A DNA stretch of 64,000 nt from Lingula anatina (GCA_051362555.1 CM120649.1:16692567-16756566), one strand, 5' to 3'; positions 13,931 to 26,047 are shown, numbered from the stretch's first letter. Made by a program: numbers and translations. The notes: generated by a model from the letters alone, not told the origin.

Positions 13931-15707
13931 TTTTCTTCCAAGCTAGTCTGTCGGTGGCCTGCATTAGGAGTCGTGGCATCAATGACACAGGCAGACGTTG
14001 TTAATCCGGGCCTCGACCGATCCGGCTTGTTTGTACATGTCTCATAACATATAGATAGGTCAAAATAAGATGTACGGTAGCCCAGGCTCTCAAAGGTAGG
14101 TAGAGTTCTTCTGAGTGTCATGCATGGCCTCCTTGGTAAAAACTTGCGTGCTGCAGCCAAAAGTCGGCTACAGTACAGTGTAGCCAGCCTACAGTACATA
14201 TAAACTATGTATGGGAGATAAGACAGACCGTAGCTGATGGGCGTTGTGAACGTTGTAAAGCAGTCATATTGTTGTTTACATGACCAAGTTTTTTCATAAA
14301 TGAAACTATAATAAATAAAATAAATAAATAAATAAATAAATAAATATTACTGACTGTGTGTTCCCTTAAGCTTCGTACTGCAAGGCACGCACTGGTGCAA
14401 AAATATATGGCCTTGGAACCTGTGTAATTTGAGGTGGCTTAAACGCCATTGGCCAAAAAGGTTGTCCCATCTCCAATTCCTTTTGCTTTTATTTACAAAT
14501 GATCACCTCGCAGGTGCAAATTGTTGTAAACAGTGCATTTTATGCCAGATACCATATCAAACATGATTAATGGTGCAGAAAATACAAAATAGCGGTGAAG
14601 ATATCCATATTTTAAACCATTTATTCAAATACATGTATATAACATGTACCCCTTCAAATTCGATGATTAACTGTGGTAAAGAAATATCCATTAAATTGAA
14701 AAGACACCACCAAATGCCCACTGTACACACAATTAGCATTAGAATGTGCGCGTTAAGGGTCACGTGTCTAATAGCAAGTGTACCTTCCACATACTGCAAT
14801 AATCTCCTGTAGGCGGGCAATCGCGCTCAATGCAATCAGGGGTCAAAAACTCGAAAGAATCGCTATTTGCGACCGCACGCAAATATTGCGATTGATCTCT
14901 ATTTGCGATGGCGATACCCCCCCCCCCCCTGCTATATTGAACAACCACCAAACAAATTGAAAATAATAAATGTCCTGCGCTATACAACGTGAATATTCAG
15001 AATAACAAAATAAAAACTGTACATTAACAAAGAGCTATTATATGCATAATACAGAGTGTAAGTTTCGACATAGGAAAGTACACAGCAAATATCTTTGGCT
15101 GCAGATAACAGATGGAGTGCACCTAACTTTACACATTTAACTCGAGCAATTTATTTTTAGATAATACAATATATAAAAACGCCAACTGTAATGGCTTACC
15201 ATTATGCCTTTACCAAAAAATGCTAGCTGCTATTCAAGTTTTCTCTTTTAGGAAGAACTGTATTACACGGAAAAGTCCCGGGAGGGGGGGGGGGGGTGCA
15301 GTCAATAATATGGATTAAAAACTGATCAGTTATGGTAATGCATTGCATCAGATGTGGTTTCACACCTGTAGCAATATTGACCTTTTTTCCTTGCAAGGGT
15401 GTGCCACTGACGGCTTTTAACATAAAGAAGATATTTTTATTCAACCTCTACAAACAGTGGTACACATAATAATTCTAATACTGACATTAATCATATTAAA
15501 CATAGTCCCGACTAAAGCATTATATCGATTTCATACTATTTTGTGATCGATACCATACGAGTCGCCTGGCTGTATGTGAGATAATACGAGAGTATTTTCT
15601 AGCCGCAGTCGGAACTGTTTTGTGCTAAAGTGTTTGGACTTGCAGGTACATCAACAACTTTTGTTTTGATCTCTTTTAGGTGTGGAATTCGAACCAGATG
15701 TTTCAGG

Positions 15708-17417
15708 ATGTTTATCCCTCGATGGAGGTGGCAATATGTTCTGGCGCTCGCTGCTTTGGCTACGGTCTTGCTTGTTCACATTGATCACCACAGAAGAGCG
15801 ACAGGGTTACTTCAATTCGCAATTTCGTCCACACATATAGAGAAGAGAGAAGATGACAGTGCACGAATATCAGAGAACCAGGGTGCCAACATAATATCAA
15901 AATATGAAATTGCTATAGTGACCGTTTTAGACAAAACTGAAGTTGCGGAATTCTTGAAGCCGGACACCTCTTTTGAGCAAGATGCCTTTTTCAAAGGTCT
16001 TCTCCACAGCTTCTGTCAGACTGCATCTTTGGGACATAAGTACAATTTTTATGTTGGCTTTCATCAAACGGATGAAGCATTCAAGAAAAAGAAACAATCG
16101 TTTGTTGAAGCATTCCTGAAAACCACGAACCGTTCCTGTTCATCTTCCATCAAAGTATCCATCTCCCTCTCGGCTCTGCCGAATACTGATAACAAGACAT
16201 TGGCAGTGATAGATATTATGAGATATGCATTTTTAAAGAATAACGATTATTACTACTTAGTGGACTCACAAATGAAAATGGAAAGCACTGGATGGGTAGA
16301 AATATTCAGCGAGACACTCTTAAAAAGCAGTTCTTCTGGAAACTTGGGGATTGTCCACCCTAAAGTTGTAAATCTAAATGCAAAACATTATCGCCCGTTT
16401 TACTTTTTCCACAGGAACCACTTTGACATATTTGGCCTGTTTTATTTATTTGAAACAAAGAAATTTGGCGACTGGTGGCTGAAAGAATTATATGGTGACA
16501 AGTATGTAGTAAATCCGAAAGTGAAAGTCAGTTGTAACAAAGTTCCTCATTTATTGGCAACTCCAGTTGAGGTTGAATTTGACAACATGAATGCCATTGT
16601 TCAGGAAAGTAAACATCTTATAGATAAATGGACCAAGGGTACCAATATAAAACCAAGCGCAAGACAAATCATTTCTTTTTCGCTTTTTGGAGACTCTCCG
16701 CGTTATGATTTCGGCGCCATTAGAAATGCACAGCTAATACGGCTGTTTATGCCTCTGTGGACGCCACGTTTCTATGTTGTTGGAAATGGAACCAAATATC
16801 CTACACCTGGCGAGGACACTGTCGTACAGTTGAAACGACTGGGGTCAGAAATTAAAGTTTTACCTGCTGAAACTGTAAACAAAGCAGCCCCGATGTTGTG
16901 GAGGTTTTTGGCAGGAGACGATCCTTCACTGGACGTATATATTGTCCGAGATTCGGATAGCCGCATCTCAGAACGAGAGGCCGATCTTGTGGAAGAGTGG
17001 CTGAAGACAGATGCTGAGTTTCACTGTATTAGAGATCACCCCTACCACGGAAACTTTGCAATTATGGCTGGACTGTTTGGGGCCAAGCCAAAAGAAGTAA
17101 AGAAACATCTGGGCCATAGCTGGAGAAAGTTGATGCCTAACTATGGCGCAGGGTATATGGAAGACATGACTTTTCTGAATACCGTCATTTGGCCCAAAGT
17201 TCAGAATTATTCCTTGTGCCATGACAGCGTTTCTTGTATCAAATATCCTAAAACGGCCCCTATTGTTGCACCACGCCAGAAATATTTTCACATTGGCGCA
17301 GTTTTCGACGAGTACGATCAGATGCGTCAGGAAGATGTTGACATTATCAAGAAAGCTGGCGATAATAAAGATTGCACCAATGTGGAGAGTTTTAAACAGA
17401 AACGAAATACGAATTAA
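15708..17417 (+). CDS. Uncharacterised 569-aa type II membrane protein with two tandem glycosyltransferase (GT-A)-like domains; single coding exon
   Basis: 1.7-kb uninterrupted ORF. First in-frame ATG at 15708 follows a polypyrimidine/TAG acceptor at ~15679. N-terminal TM segment YVLALAALATVLLVHI. C-terminal domain motifs IISFSLFG..RY..GAIRNA, PMLWRFL, YIVRDSDSR (DxD), FHCIRDHPYH and IMAGLFG. Confidence 0.88.
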   Translation: MFIPRWRWQYVLALAALATVLLVHIDHHRRATGLLQFAISSTHIEKREDDSARISENQGANIISKYEIAIVTVLDKTEVAEFLKPDTSFEQDAFFKGLLHSFCQTASLGHKYNFYVGFHQTDEAFKKKKQSFVEAFLKTTNRSCSSSIKVSISLSALPNTDNKTLAVIDIMRYAFLKNNDYYYLVDSQMKMESTGWVEIFSETLLKSSSSGNLGIVHPKVVNLNAKHYRPFYFFHRNHFDIFGLFYLFETKKFGDWWLKELYGDKYVVNPKVKVSCNKVPHLLATPVEVEFDNMNAIVQESKHLIDKWTKGTNIKPSARQIISFSLFGDSPRYDFGAIRNAQLIRLFMPLWTPRFYVVGNGTKYPTPGEDTVVQLKRLGSEIKVLPAETVNKAAPMLWRFLAGDDPSLDVYIVRDSDSRISEREADLVEEWLKTDAEFHCIRDHPYHGNFAIMAGLFGAKPKEVKKHLGHSWRKLMPNYGAGYMEDMTFLNTVIWPKVQNYSLCHDSVSCIKYPKTAPIVAPRQKYFHIGAVFDEYDQMRQEDVDIIKKAGDNKDCTNVESFKQKRNTN

Positions 17418-18654
17418 ACGTTCACTAATATAGAACTTGCACATAAAGTTGGCATTGCATTCATGCGTGGTTGTCTTCTTGAAGCTAGTGTTCATAACGA
17501 GGTTACGATGTTTTATTTTTGTGCTCCAAGAGGGTCATATTTTGCCCGTTTCTACTTTGCTTGCTGCTTCTGAACTACTGTTCCACGAACTGCTTTGACA
17601 CATGGCTAATAATGATTATACCATGTTTTCATGATTTTGGAGAGGTCGAATATGGACAATTATTAAGAACAATATATTAATCGATTTTGTAAAAAGTCGG
17701 CATGGGCTGCGAGATATAGTTTTTAATTAATATATGCCTAGGATTTACGATATTAAACTATTTCTAGAGGAATCTTGGGGAAACATTTTTGTAATTTTTT
17801 TTTTTTTGCCCTTTTGATTTTTCCCATTAAAACGTATATTGGTAAAGATATCCTGTGCTATCTTTAGAAGAAACAATGTATCAACCTGTATTTTCTCATA
17901 TTGCACATGTTTAAAGTCATAATAGCTCTTCGTTTTGGCCAAAAATTGGATTTTCCTGGAAAAAACGGCAATTTTCCCGTACTTACCAATGGTCATCGAC
18001 CCCATTCCTGCATTCAAAGTTAATCCAAGTTTTTTTCCTAAACGTACGGTTTTTTGTTAAAATCTCTTAAGAGATTTTAACTGACGGAGCCCTCTCTGAC
18101 ATTGCATAGTCACTCGTGACCTACTTAAAACCGCGGGAAAAGCAGACAACAACAACACTATATAACAATTATATAAGATTCATGAGATATATTCGTCTTT
18201 TTGTTAAAAATGCATTTATATCCACAATGTGTGCCATTCTGGTTTTTTTGTTATCCGACGCACTGTACAAAAACTCGCAACTTACGTCTGCGTCTGCATC
18301 AACGCGTTTCCCGCCATGTTATTTTGGTCTCGAATGAACGCGAGAATCCGCGTGACACCCTTACGTCATTAGCAACGGATGCCTTGACGACGGGGAAGAA
18401 AGGCATCGAAAGCCCTATTGACAGGCACAGATTTTAGTTTTACTACAATAACGGCCGTTTTAGTGGTAAAATACAATAGAATATATTTCCATGCGTTGTT
18501 TACAATGTATTTCTTGCGGAATTTTGAATCTCAAAGGAAGAATTATTATTGCTTTAAGGACCAAAAATTCTGAAAGCAATGACAACCCTTCATATGAAAT
18601 TCAAAATTCACAATAAATATATAGTAAACAAGACATAAAAGTTATCATGATTGT

Positions 18655-19240
18655 ATCTTACCACCAAAAAGGTGATCATTGTAATTATGAAATCCGTGCT
18701 TGCAATGGGGTTTTTAATGCCGCTCCTCCCCGTCTTTGGTTGTCATTCAAGGTTAAATCATTAAAAACTATTCACACTGAGACTTTTAGTTAGTTCTTTC
18801 CCAGACACACGATCTGAATGCATAATCTGCACATTTTGTCGTTCACGTTTGACAACTACGGCATATACACGCTTTTAATAATCAAATAAAGCAATTAGCC
18901 AATCAGTAGAAATTATCTAACTCAAAGGCCGGCTCCGCCATATGCCATTTCACGATCTCCACCCTAAAAGAAACTACTAGCTTGCACATTTTATTCTTAG
19001 TTTCTAGGGGAAACGCCTCTTTTAAGTGTTGTAGTGTTCCTTTTCTGTTTTCTAATTGCAACAGGTACTATTCTCTGCCGTTAATCCATTTTGGTTGAAA
19101 ATGTTATGCTAACGGCGATGACACAGTGGCTTTATTTTTGAAGTAGGACAGTAGCGGATTTTTTTTTTTTTGGGGGGGGGGGGGGGGTCAGAGGGGTCCT
19201 CAACAATAAAATCACACCTATGGTCCCGTCTTAAAATCAG
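18655..19240. repeat. ~0.6-kb block duplicated at ~22280-22925
   Basis: Shared TCATTGTAATTATGAAATCCGTGCTTG, AATGCCGCTCCTCCCCGTC, TTGACAA(A)CTACGGCATAT and CTTTATTTTTGAAGTAGGACAGT. Confidence 0.9.
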
Positions 19241-20320
19241 GAGGGTCCCATTGGATATTCTCGTTACTTGTGAAAGGCAATTTTTATTTCCTGAGATGTG
19301 TGAAACCTTCATACATGTATTATTTGGAGCCATCCGTGAAGAATAGGCCTATTGATCTAGTAACGTAGAAAATGGTTAAAAAAGCGGACATAAAAAAAAG
19401 AGACATAAATGCACACAGAATACTACGAAAAGTTGGAAAAAAGAACATGGCAGAAATTGCTGCCTTGGAGACATGCACGTGTGTATAGACGTGCGGGGTA
19501 CCCGTAAAACATAACTGAATTGTTTGTTTAGTAGAGCATATACATTTTTCAACGTAAAACGTTTAAAATGAATTTATAAAGTAAATTTGCCACTGAAAAT
19601 ACCCCTTTTGAGGATTGGCTAAAATGAATTATCATACTGAATACGGCACATACTTTTCAGATGGAAACCGGTTGCCTAGAGAAGTGAGAAGTTATGATTC
19701 TTAATCGGTCGGGACGATTTATATGGACTGTAACATTGTTTTCAGAAAAAAAAAATAATGCGTTCCTTTCAGAGAAGAAAGTTGCCTAGCATTTGAGAGG
19801 TTTCGACCCAGAAGATTTATATGAACTATAGCATTCTTTTAAGAAAAAAGGTTGCCTAGCTAGAATTTCGGAAGTTAGGATTCGTTTTCAGTGAAGGTGA
19901 TTTCCACAGACTGTTACCAGTGAACTTGGTAAGACGACACTGTAAGTACCTGTATCAATGTTGTATCAATGCAGTCTGTTATTATGATTTCTTATTTTCT
20001 TCTATATTTCATCTTCGAAATATGGAACGCCACGTGCTAGTGGAATGTAAAGTCACATACGTGTTAATACCATGGTTTCGCATGGCAAGTTGTATCCTTT
20101 TAGAGCACTGTTTATTGCTACAGCGTTTTACGTACAGACACAGATCTATGTGTTTAACACAGGGCCGGTGTAACGTGACAGAGAGCCCCCCAAGAGAGAG
20201 AGCCCGCTTCCCATTCATTTGTACAGGTGAGCCTCGCCCTAGATTTTGACCCACAAAGGTCAGACTAACCCTAACCATTATAACTGTATGGAGGGCGGAC
20301 CTTCTGTTACACGGATCCTC

Positions 20321-20576
20321 AGTGACGGTACACCGGATCCAGGATTATTTGAAGGGGGGGGGTCCGTGGATGCAAAGCTGCCCCCCCCCCCGTGAAGGGC
20401 CCCGAAAAAATTTGGTATTTTAGAGGTCGAATGGTGCCATTTGGTACGGTTTAGAACTATGATTCAGCTAGTCAAACTTCTAATTTCAAGAGGAGACCAT
20501 TGGTGCGATTATTTTTCAGAAATCGAAGGGGGGGGGGGCAGGACCCCCCCTGACACCCCCTCTAAATCCGCCACTG
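20321..20576. mobile_element. GC-terminal MITE (CAGTG..GGATCCAGG / AAATCCGCCACTG); inverted homologue at ~22826-23975
   Basis: The interior GGATCCAGGATTATTTGAAGGGG..TTTAGAGG.CGAA.GGTGCC matches the reverse complement of 23845-23975 and continues in 22860-22978. Confidence 0.7.
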
Positions 20577-20929
20577 AAACAAATAGCATGAAAATGTTTT
20601 TACCTTACAGAACTAATGAATATTCATAAAATACAAGTCAAGTTCGAAAATCAGCCTGATCGCACCATTTTCTAAATGTTATGCTGTTTATTCGCTTTTT
20701 TCGGCATATCTAATCCAATTTTATACAAATAAAATGAAAACCATTTTACCTTTCGTCTACAGAACTGATAAATGTTTGTGAAATACAGGTCGAGTTCGAG
20801 AATCAGCCTGATAGCTAGTGATATTGTATTGTAGTCTACACAGTAGTAGTGTTATTATTTTGTAGTCTGGTTTATTATTTTGTAGTTGTTATATTTAAGT
20901 CAAGTGTTATCAAATTGCAGTTTGTTGTT

Positions 20930-22275
20930 ATATATTGTATTATAGTCTAGTGTTAGTATATTGTAGTCTAGTGTTATATATTGTATTATAGTCTAGTGAT
21001 ATGATATTGTAGTCTAGTGTTATATATTGTATCATAGTCAAGTGATAGGATATTGCAGTCTAGTGTTATATATTGTATTATAGTCTAGTGATAGGATATT
21101 GCAGTCTGGTGTTATATATTGTATTATAGTCTAGGGATAGGATATTGTAGTCTAGTGTTATATATTGTGTTATAGTCTAGTGATAGGATATTGTAGTCTA
21201 GTGTTATATATTGTATTATAGTCTAGTGATAGGATATTGTAGTCTAGTGTTATATATTGTGTTATAGTCTAGTGATAGGATATTGTAGTCTAGTGTTATA
21301 TATTGTATTATAGTCTAGTGATAGGATATTGCAGTCTAGTGTTATATATTGTATTATAGTCTAGTGATAGGACATTGCAGTCTAGTGTTATATATTGTAT
21401 TATAGTTTAGTGTTAGGACATTGTAGTCTAGTGTTATATATTGTATTATAGTCTAGTGATAGGATATTGCAGTCTAGTGTTATATATTGTATTATAGTCT
21501 AGTGATAGGACATTGCAGTCTAGTGTTATTTATTGTATTATAGTTTAGTGTTAGGATATTGTAGTCTAGTGTTATATATTGTATTATAGTCTAGTGATAT
21601 GATATTGTAGTCTAGTGTTATATATTGTATTATAGTCAAGTGATAGGATGTTGTAGTCTAGTGTTATATATTGTATTATAGTCTAGTGATAGAATATTGC
21701 AGTCTAGTGTTATATATTGTATTATAGTCTAGTGATAGGATATTGCAGTCTAGTGTTATATATTGTATTATAGTCTAGTGTTAGTATATTGCAGTCTTGT
21801 GTTATATATTGTATTATAGTCTAGTGATAGGATATTGTAGTCTGGTGTTAGATATCTATTATAGTCTAGTGATAGGATATTGTAGCCTAGTGTTATATAT
21901 TGTATTATAGTCTAATGTTAGTATATTGTAGTCTAGTGTTATATATTGTATTATAGTCTAGTGATAGGATATTGTAGTCTAGTGTTATATATTGTATTAT
22001 AGTCTAGTGATAGGATATTGTAGTCTAGTGTTATATATTGTATTATAGTCTAGTGTTAGGATATTGCAGTCTAGTGTTATATATTGTATTATAGTCTAGT
22101 GATAGGATATTGTAGTCTAGTGTTATATATTGTATTATAGTCTAGTGTTAGGATATTGCAGTCTAGTGTTATATATTGTATTATAGTCTAGTGTTAGTAT
22201 ATTGTAGTCTAGTGTTATATATTGTATTATAGTCTAGTGTTAGGATATTGTAGTCTAGTGTTATATTGTAGTATA
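20930..22275. repeat. Tandem satellite, 46-bp dimeric unit (GTCTAGTGTTATATATTGTATTATA + GTCTAGTGATAGGATATTGTA), about 29 copies
   Basis: 46-bp period directly visible (e.g. TGATAGG at 21181 and 21227). Degenerate copies extend left to ~20815. Confidence 0.95.
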
Positions 22276-22978
22276 GTGCATCTTACCAACAAACAGGTTG
22301 TCATTGTAATTATGAAATCCGTGCTTGGAATCGGGTTTCAATGCCGCTCCTCCCCGTCATTGGTTGCCATTTAAGGTTAAAACATATTAGAAAACTATTT
22401 AGTCTAAGAGTTTTTGCCAGTTCACTAACCAGACGCACGATTGGAATGCATAATCTGTACTGTTTGTCGTTCACGCTTGACAAACTACGGCATATTCAAG
22501 CTTTTCATAATCAAATAAAGAAACAATTAAGCCAATCAACGGACATCATCTAACTGTATTTATTTACATGCAGTTCCAGCTGAGAGTTGGCGTGTTGCTG
22601 ATCAGATAACTCTTATAAGACAAGACCGAACCTGCCACATGCCATTTGACGATCTCCACACTAACAGAAACTATTTAGTTTCTTTGGGAAAACCTCTTTT
22701 ACATGTTGGAATGTTCTTTTTCTGATTTCTAATTGCAACAGGTAATATCTTCCGCCGTGAATCCATTTTGATTGAAAACATTATGCTAACGACAATTACA
22801 CAGTGACTTTATTTTTGAAGTAGGACAGTGCCGGATTTTTTTTTTTTTTTTTTTTTTTTGGGGGGGGGGTGTCAGGGGGGTCCTCATAAAAAAAATCACA
22901 CTAATGGTCCAGTCTGAAAATTAGAATTTAGATAAGCTGAATCATACATGGAGAATCATACAATCAAACTGTACCTAA

Positions 22979-23841
22979 AGGCTGGATCACACTGCGCTGG
23001 CAACCTTTTTGCAACTACAATATTTGGCGGTCGCTTTCGATCACTCTGCAAGCTAATTAAGAAGCTATGGCCAATTTTGTTCAGCAAACAGTCGCAAACC
23101 GGTTGTCACAGGGTTGCAGTATGGTATGGTATCTGCAACCTCTAATAGACCATCTTCAAGTTAAAGGTTACCAGTCGCACACCATTTGCCAAACGATAAT
23201 CAACCTGTCTGCAACCACTTGGTGATTGAAAACCGGTTGCAGGACTGTAGCAATCGCTTGTCAACTGGTAGCAGCAAGGTTGCACAGAATATATATGTTG
23301 CCAACTTGTGACAGTAGCTGCTTTCTCATAAATTCCCCTCTCAATAGACAAAAATGCCAACAAATGCAATTTAAGTTTTCTTTTTCTAAAATATTATAAT
23401 GTATTATCTTGATATTTAGAAGGCATACATGACAAATTATGAATAAAGTCTTTGTCCAAGCAGACCACCATCCTACGCCTATTTTATTGCGGTCGCTTGC
23501 AACCTTCCTGCGACATATTTTCGAGTGCCTGCGATCGGTTAAAAACCTGTTAGCGACCAAGAGACTAAAGAGCGTCAATCGACCATGCAGTTACAACTGC
23601 AACCTTCTACCGACCTTCTGACAACCAAGTAGAGACCGATAGGCAACCTTTAGGATACCGATATTTTCCATCTTTAGACGCACTGGTTGTCGGTGCACAA
23701 AAAAATGACTTTCATGTGTCAACGATCACAGGCGACCTGTTAGCAACCTTATGCGAACGCTTTAAAAGAGCTGGCAACCTCCTTGCGACTGAGGTTGCCA
23801 AAAGGTTGCCAAAAGGTTGCAAGTGCAGTGTGACCCAGGCT
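22979..23841. mobile_element. Non-autonomous PIF/Harbinger-like DNA transposon (~863 bp)
   Basis: TIRs AGGCTGGATCACACTGC / GCAGTGTGACCCAGGCT (15/17 match), TAA on both flanks, many internal GGTTGC/GCAACC sub-repeats, no ORF. Confidence 0.8.
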
Positions 23842-24875
23842 TAAGGGCACCGTTCGCCCTCTAAATTACCAAACGTTTTCGGGACCCTTCAGCGGGCCCC
23901 GAGCACCACGCCAAGCAGGGGGTTGAGGCTCAGCTTTGAACCTCCCCCCTTTCAAATAATCCTGGATCCGCCCCTAGGATGAACAATGGATGGATGTAGG
24001 ATGAACAATGTTTTTGTTTACAGAGGAAGAGTAGGAGTCCATGATACTATAATTTTGGTGAAAGCTGATGTCTAGGTTACATATATCCATCTGCCATTTC
24101 AAGTGTGCACTTTATATAAAATATATAAAAAAAACCATTCTATATGAATAAATAAGCGTTATGAGGGCATGCTTTTAACGACGATAAAATTGTTAAATGG
24201 GCCACATAATCTCTTCAGCGGGGTTTCAAATTGGGAATTATACTGGAGATGTACACATGTAGTTGTACGTTTCATGTGCAAATGAAGTTTGAGGACAGGA
24301 GAGGTGATTGACCAATACACAGGACAGATACGGTACCTTTAAAGATACTCAAGTATTTAGGAAAAGCTTTATACACTTGTTTCATTCCACACCAAGAGAA
24401 GGAGGACACGGTATAAGACAAAAGGCGAAGTTGAGTTCAGGCAAGGCGACCTTTGAAATGCTCTTGCACTAGTGCCTGTGGTCCACGTGTGCTGCATCCG
24501 GCTTGAGGACCACACAGATCTACGTCTAGGTCGCTTGAAGAACGATGAAGAACGACAGGGCTACACAAAGCTATAATTATGCAAAATAAGAAACAAGGGA
24601 ATAAATGACAAATGATGTAGATGAATAAAATAATAAGTTACCTAGTTTGCATAATGTTTCTTGCACACCTCTTTGTGCCCAGCTCCAGTTAAATCTAGCC
24701 TTCTGCATGTTGCTTTTCGTTCGTTTGAGGAGTCCTTTTAGGTAATGCAGGTCAATAAAATAATTCCAATTATTGTGAATTTTTTTAAAATTAATTCGTC
24801 AACTTTTTCTTGCAAATTGATAACAATTAGCCCGATCTTACGAGAACCCCAGACCTACGCCAGCACGTACGTCAA

Positions 24876-26047
24876 AGAGAATCTTGGCAGGAGCGCCCAA
24901 TCGTCGATGTTATACTGGTACTTTGCGTGTTTGAGATACAGCCTCTCATTCAACACTGCAGCCTTCCGTGCACACTGAACAGAGGAAATTCTGATTGGAG
25001 CGTATTCACTGAAACACAGGGCTATTGTCTTACGTGCCAACCCCTTGCTCGGATCGAACCCGGACATCTCCGGTACAGGTGGGTTATTATACTGTGATTC
25101 ATGTAGCTGTATCCTTGGGGTAAGTCTTGCTGCTTGGCGTTTACAATCTGAGACAGCTGACAGGTCATTATGAGAAAACTGCCTTTAGGGAAAAAATTAT
25201 TTTGCATTATGTGTCCTCTATAAATGTCATCAGTAAAGGGTTCCTGATCGTTGGTTGTTGTTGTTGACTTCCTACTTGTCCATTAGGACAAGAAGGACAA
25301 TATTCCCTGCACAAATTGAGAAAGAAAAGAAATTGTTTTTTGAGGGGGTGAGGTGGTATAAATGCCCCCTTGATACCCGCCAGATATGGTGTGTCTGGTT
25401 AGACTGTTTATAAGGTTTGCAGAAGGTGAAGGACACTGGTAATATCCAAATTTCACCACAGAGAACCTTGGCAGGAGCGCCCAATCGTCGATGTTATACT
25501 GGTACTTTGCGTGTTTGAGATACAGCCTCTCATTCAACACTGCAGCCTTCCGTGCACACTGAACAGAGGAAATTCTGATTGGAGCGTATTCACTGAAACA
25601 CAGGGCTATTGTCTTACGTGCCAACCCCTTGCTCGGATCGAACCCGGACATCTCCGGTACAGGTGGGTTATTATACTGTGATTCATGTAGCTGTATCCTT
25701 GGGGTAAGTCTTGCTGCTTGGCGTTTACAATCTGAGACAGCTGACAGGTCATTATGAGAAAACTGCCTTTAGGGAAAAAATCATTTTGCATTATGTGTCC
25801 TCTATAAATGTCATCAGTAAAGGGTTCCTGATCGTTGGTTGTTGTTGTTGACTTCCTACTTGTCCATTAGGACAAGAAGGACAATATTCCCTGCACAAAT
25901 TGAGAAAGAAAAGAAATTGTTTTTTGAGGGGGTGAGGTGGTATAAATGCCCCCTTGATACCCGCCAGATATGGTGTGTCTGGTTAGACTGTTTATAAGGT
26001 TTGCAGAAGGTGAAGGACACTGGTAATATCCAAATGTCACCACAGAG
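24876..26047. repeat. Near-identical 584-bp direct tandem duplication
   Basis: 24876-25459 is repeated at 25460-26043. ORF track entries 25022/25606 are offset by exactly 584. AGAG occurs at all three junction positions. Confidence 0.95.

Noticed and set aside
15630-15707. GTG-initiated N-terminal extension of the 595-aa ORF
   Set aside because: It spans a polypyrimidine tract and AG acceptor. ATG 15708 gives a normal short cytosolic tail before the TM helix.
16968-17495. 175-aa minus-strand ORF
   Set aside because: Antisense shadow of the real + strand CDS, with no motifs.
20930-22275. Regular repeat array as a CRISPR array
   Set aside because: There are no unique spacers, it is a continuous tandem satellite, there are no cas genes, and the context is eukaryotic.
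24400-24750. Possible minus-strand exons (donor at ~24640, acceptor at ~24562)
   Set aside because: The joined frame stops after about 11 codons and no family is recognisable.
25040-25080. tRNA gene (B-box GGTTCGATCC on the minus strand; a similar B-box-like motif at ~53018)
   Set aside because: No A-box or cloverleaf could be built. At most a SINE fragment.
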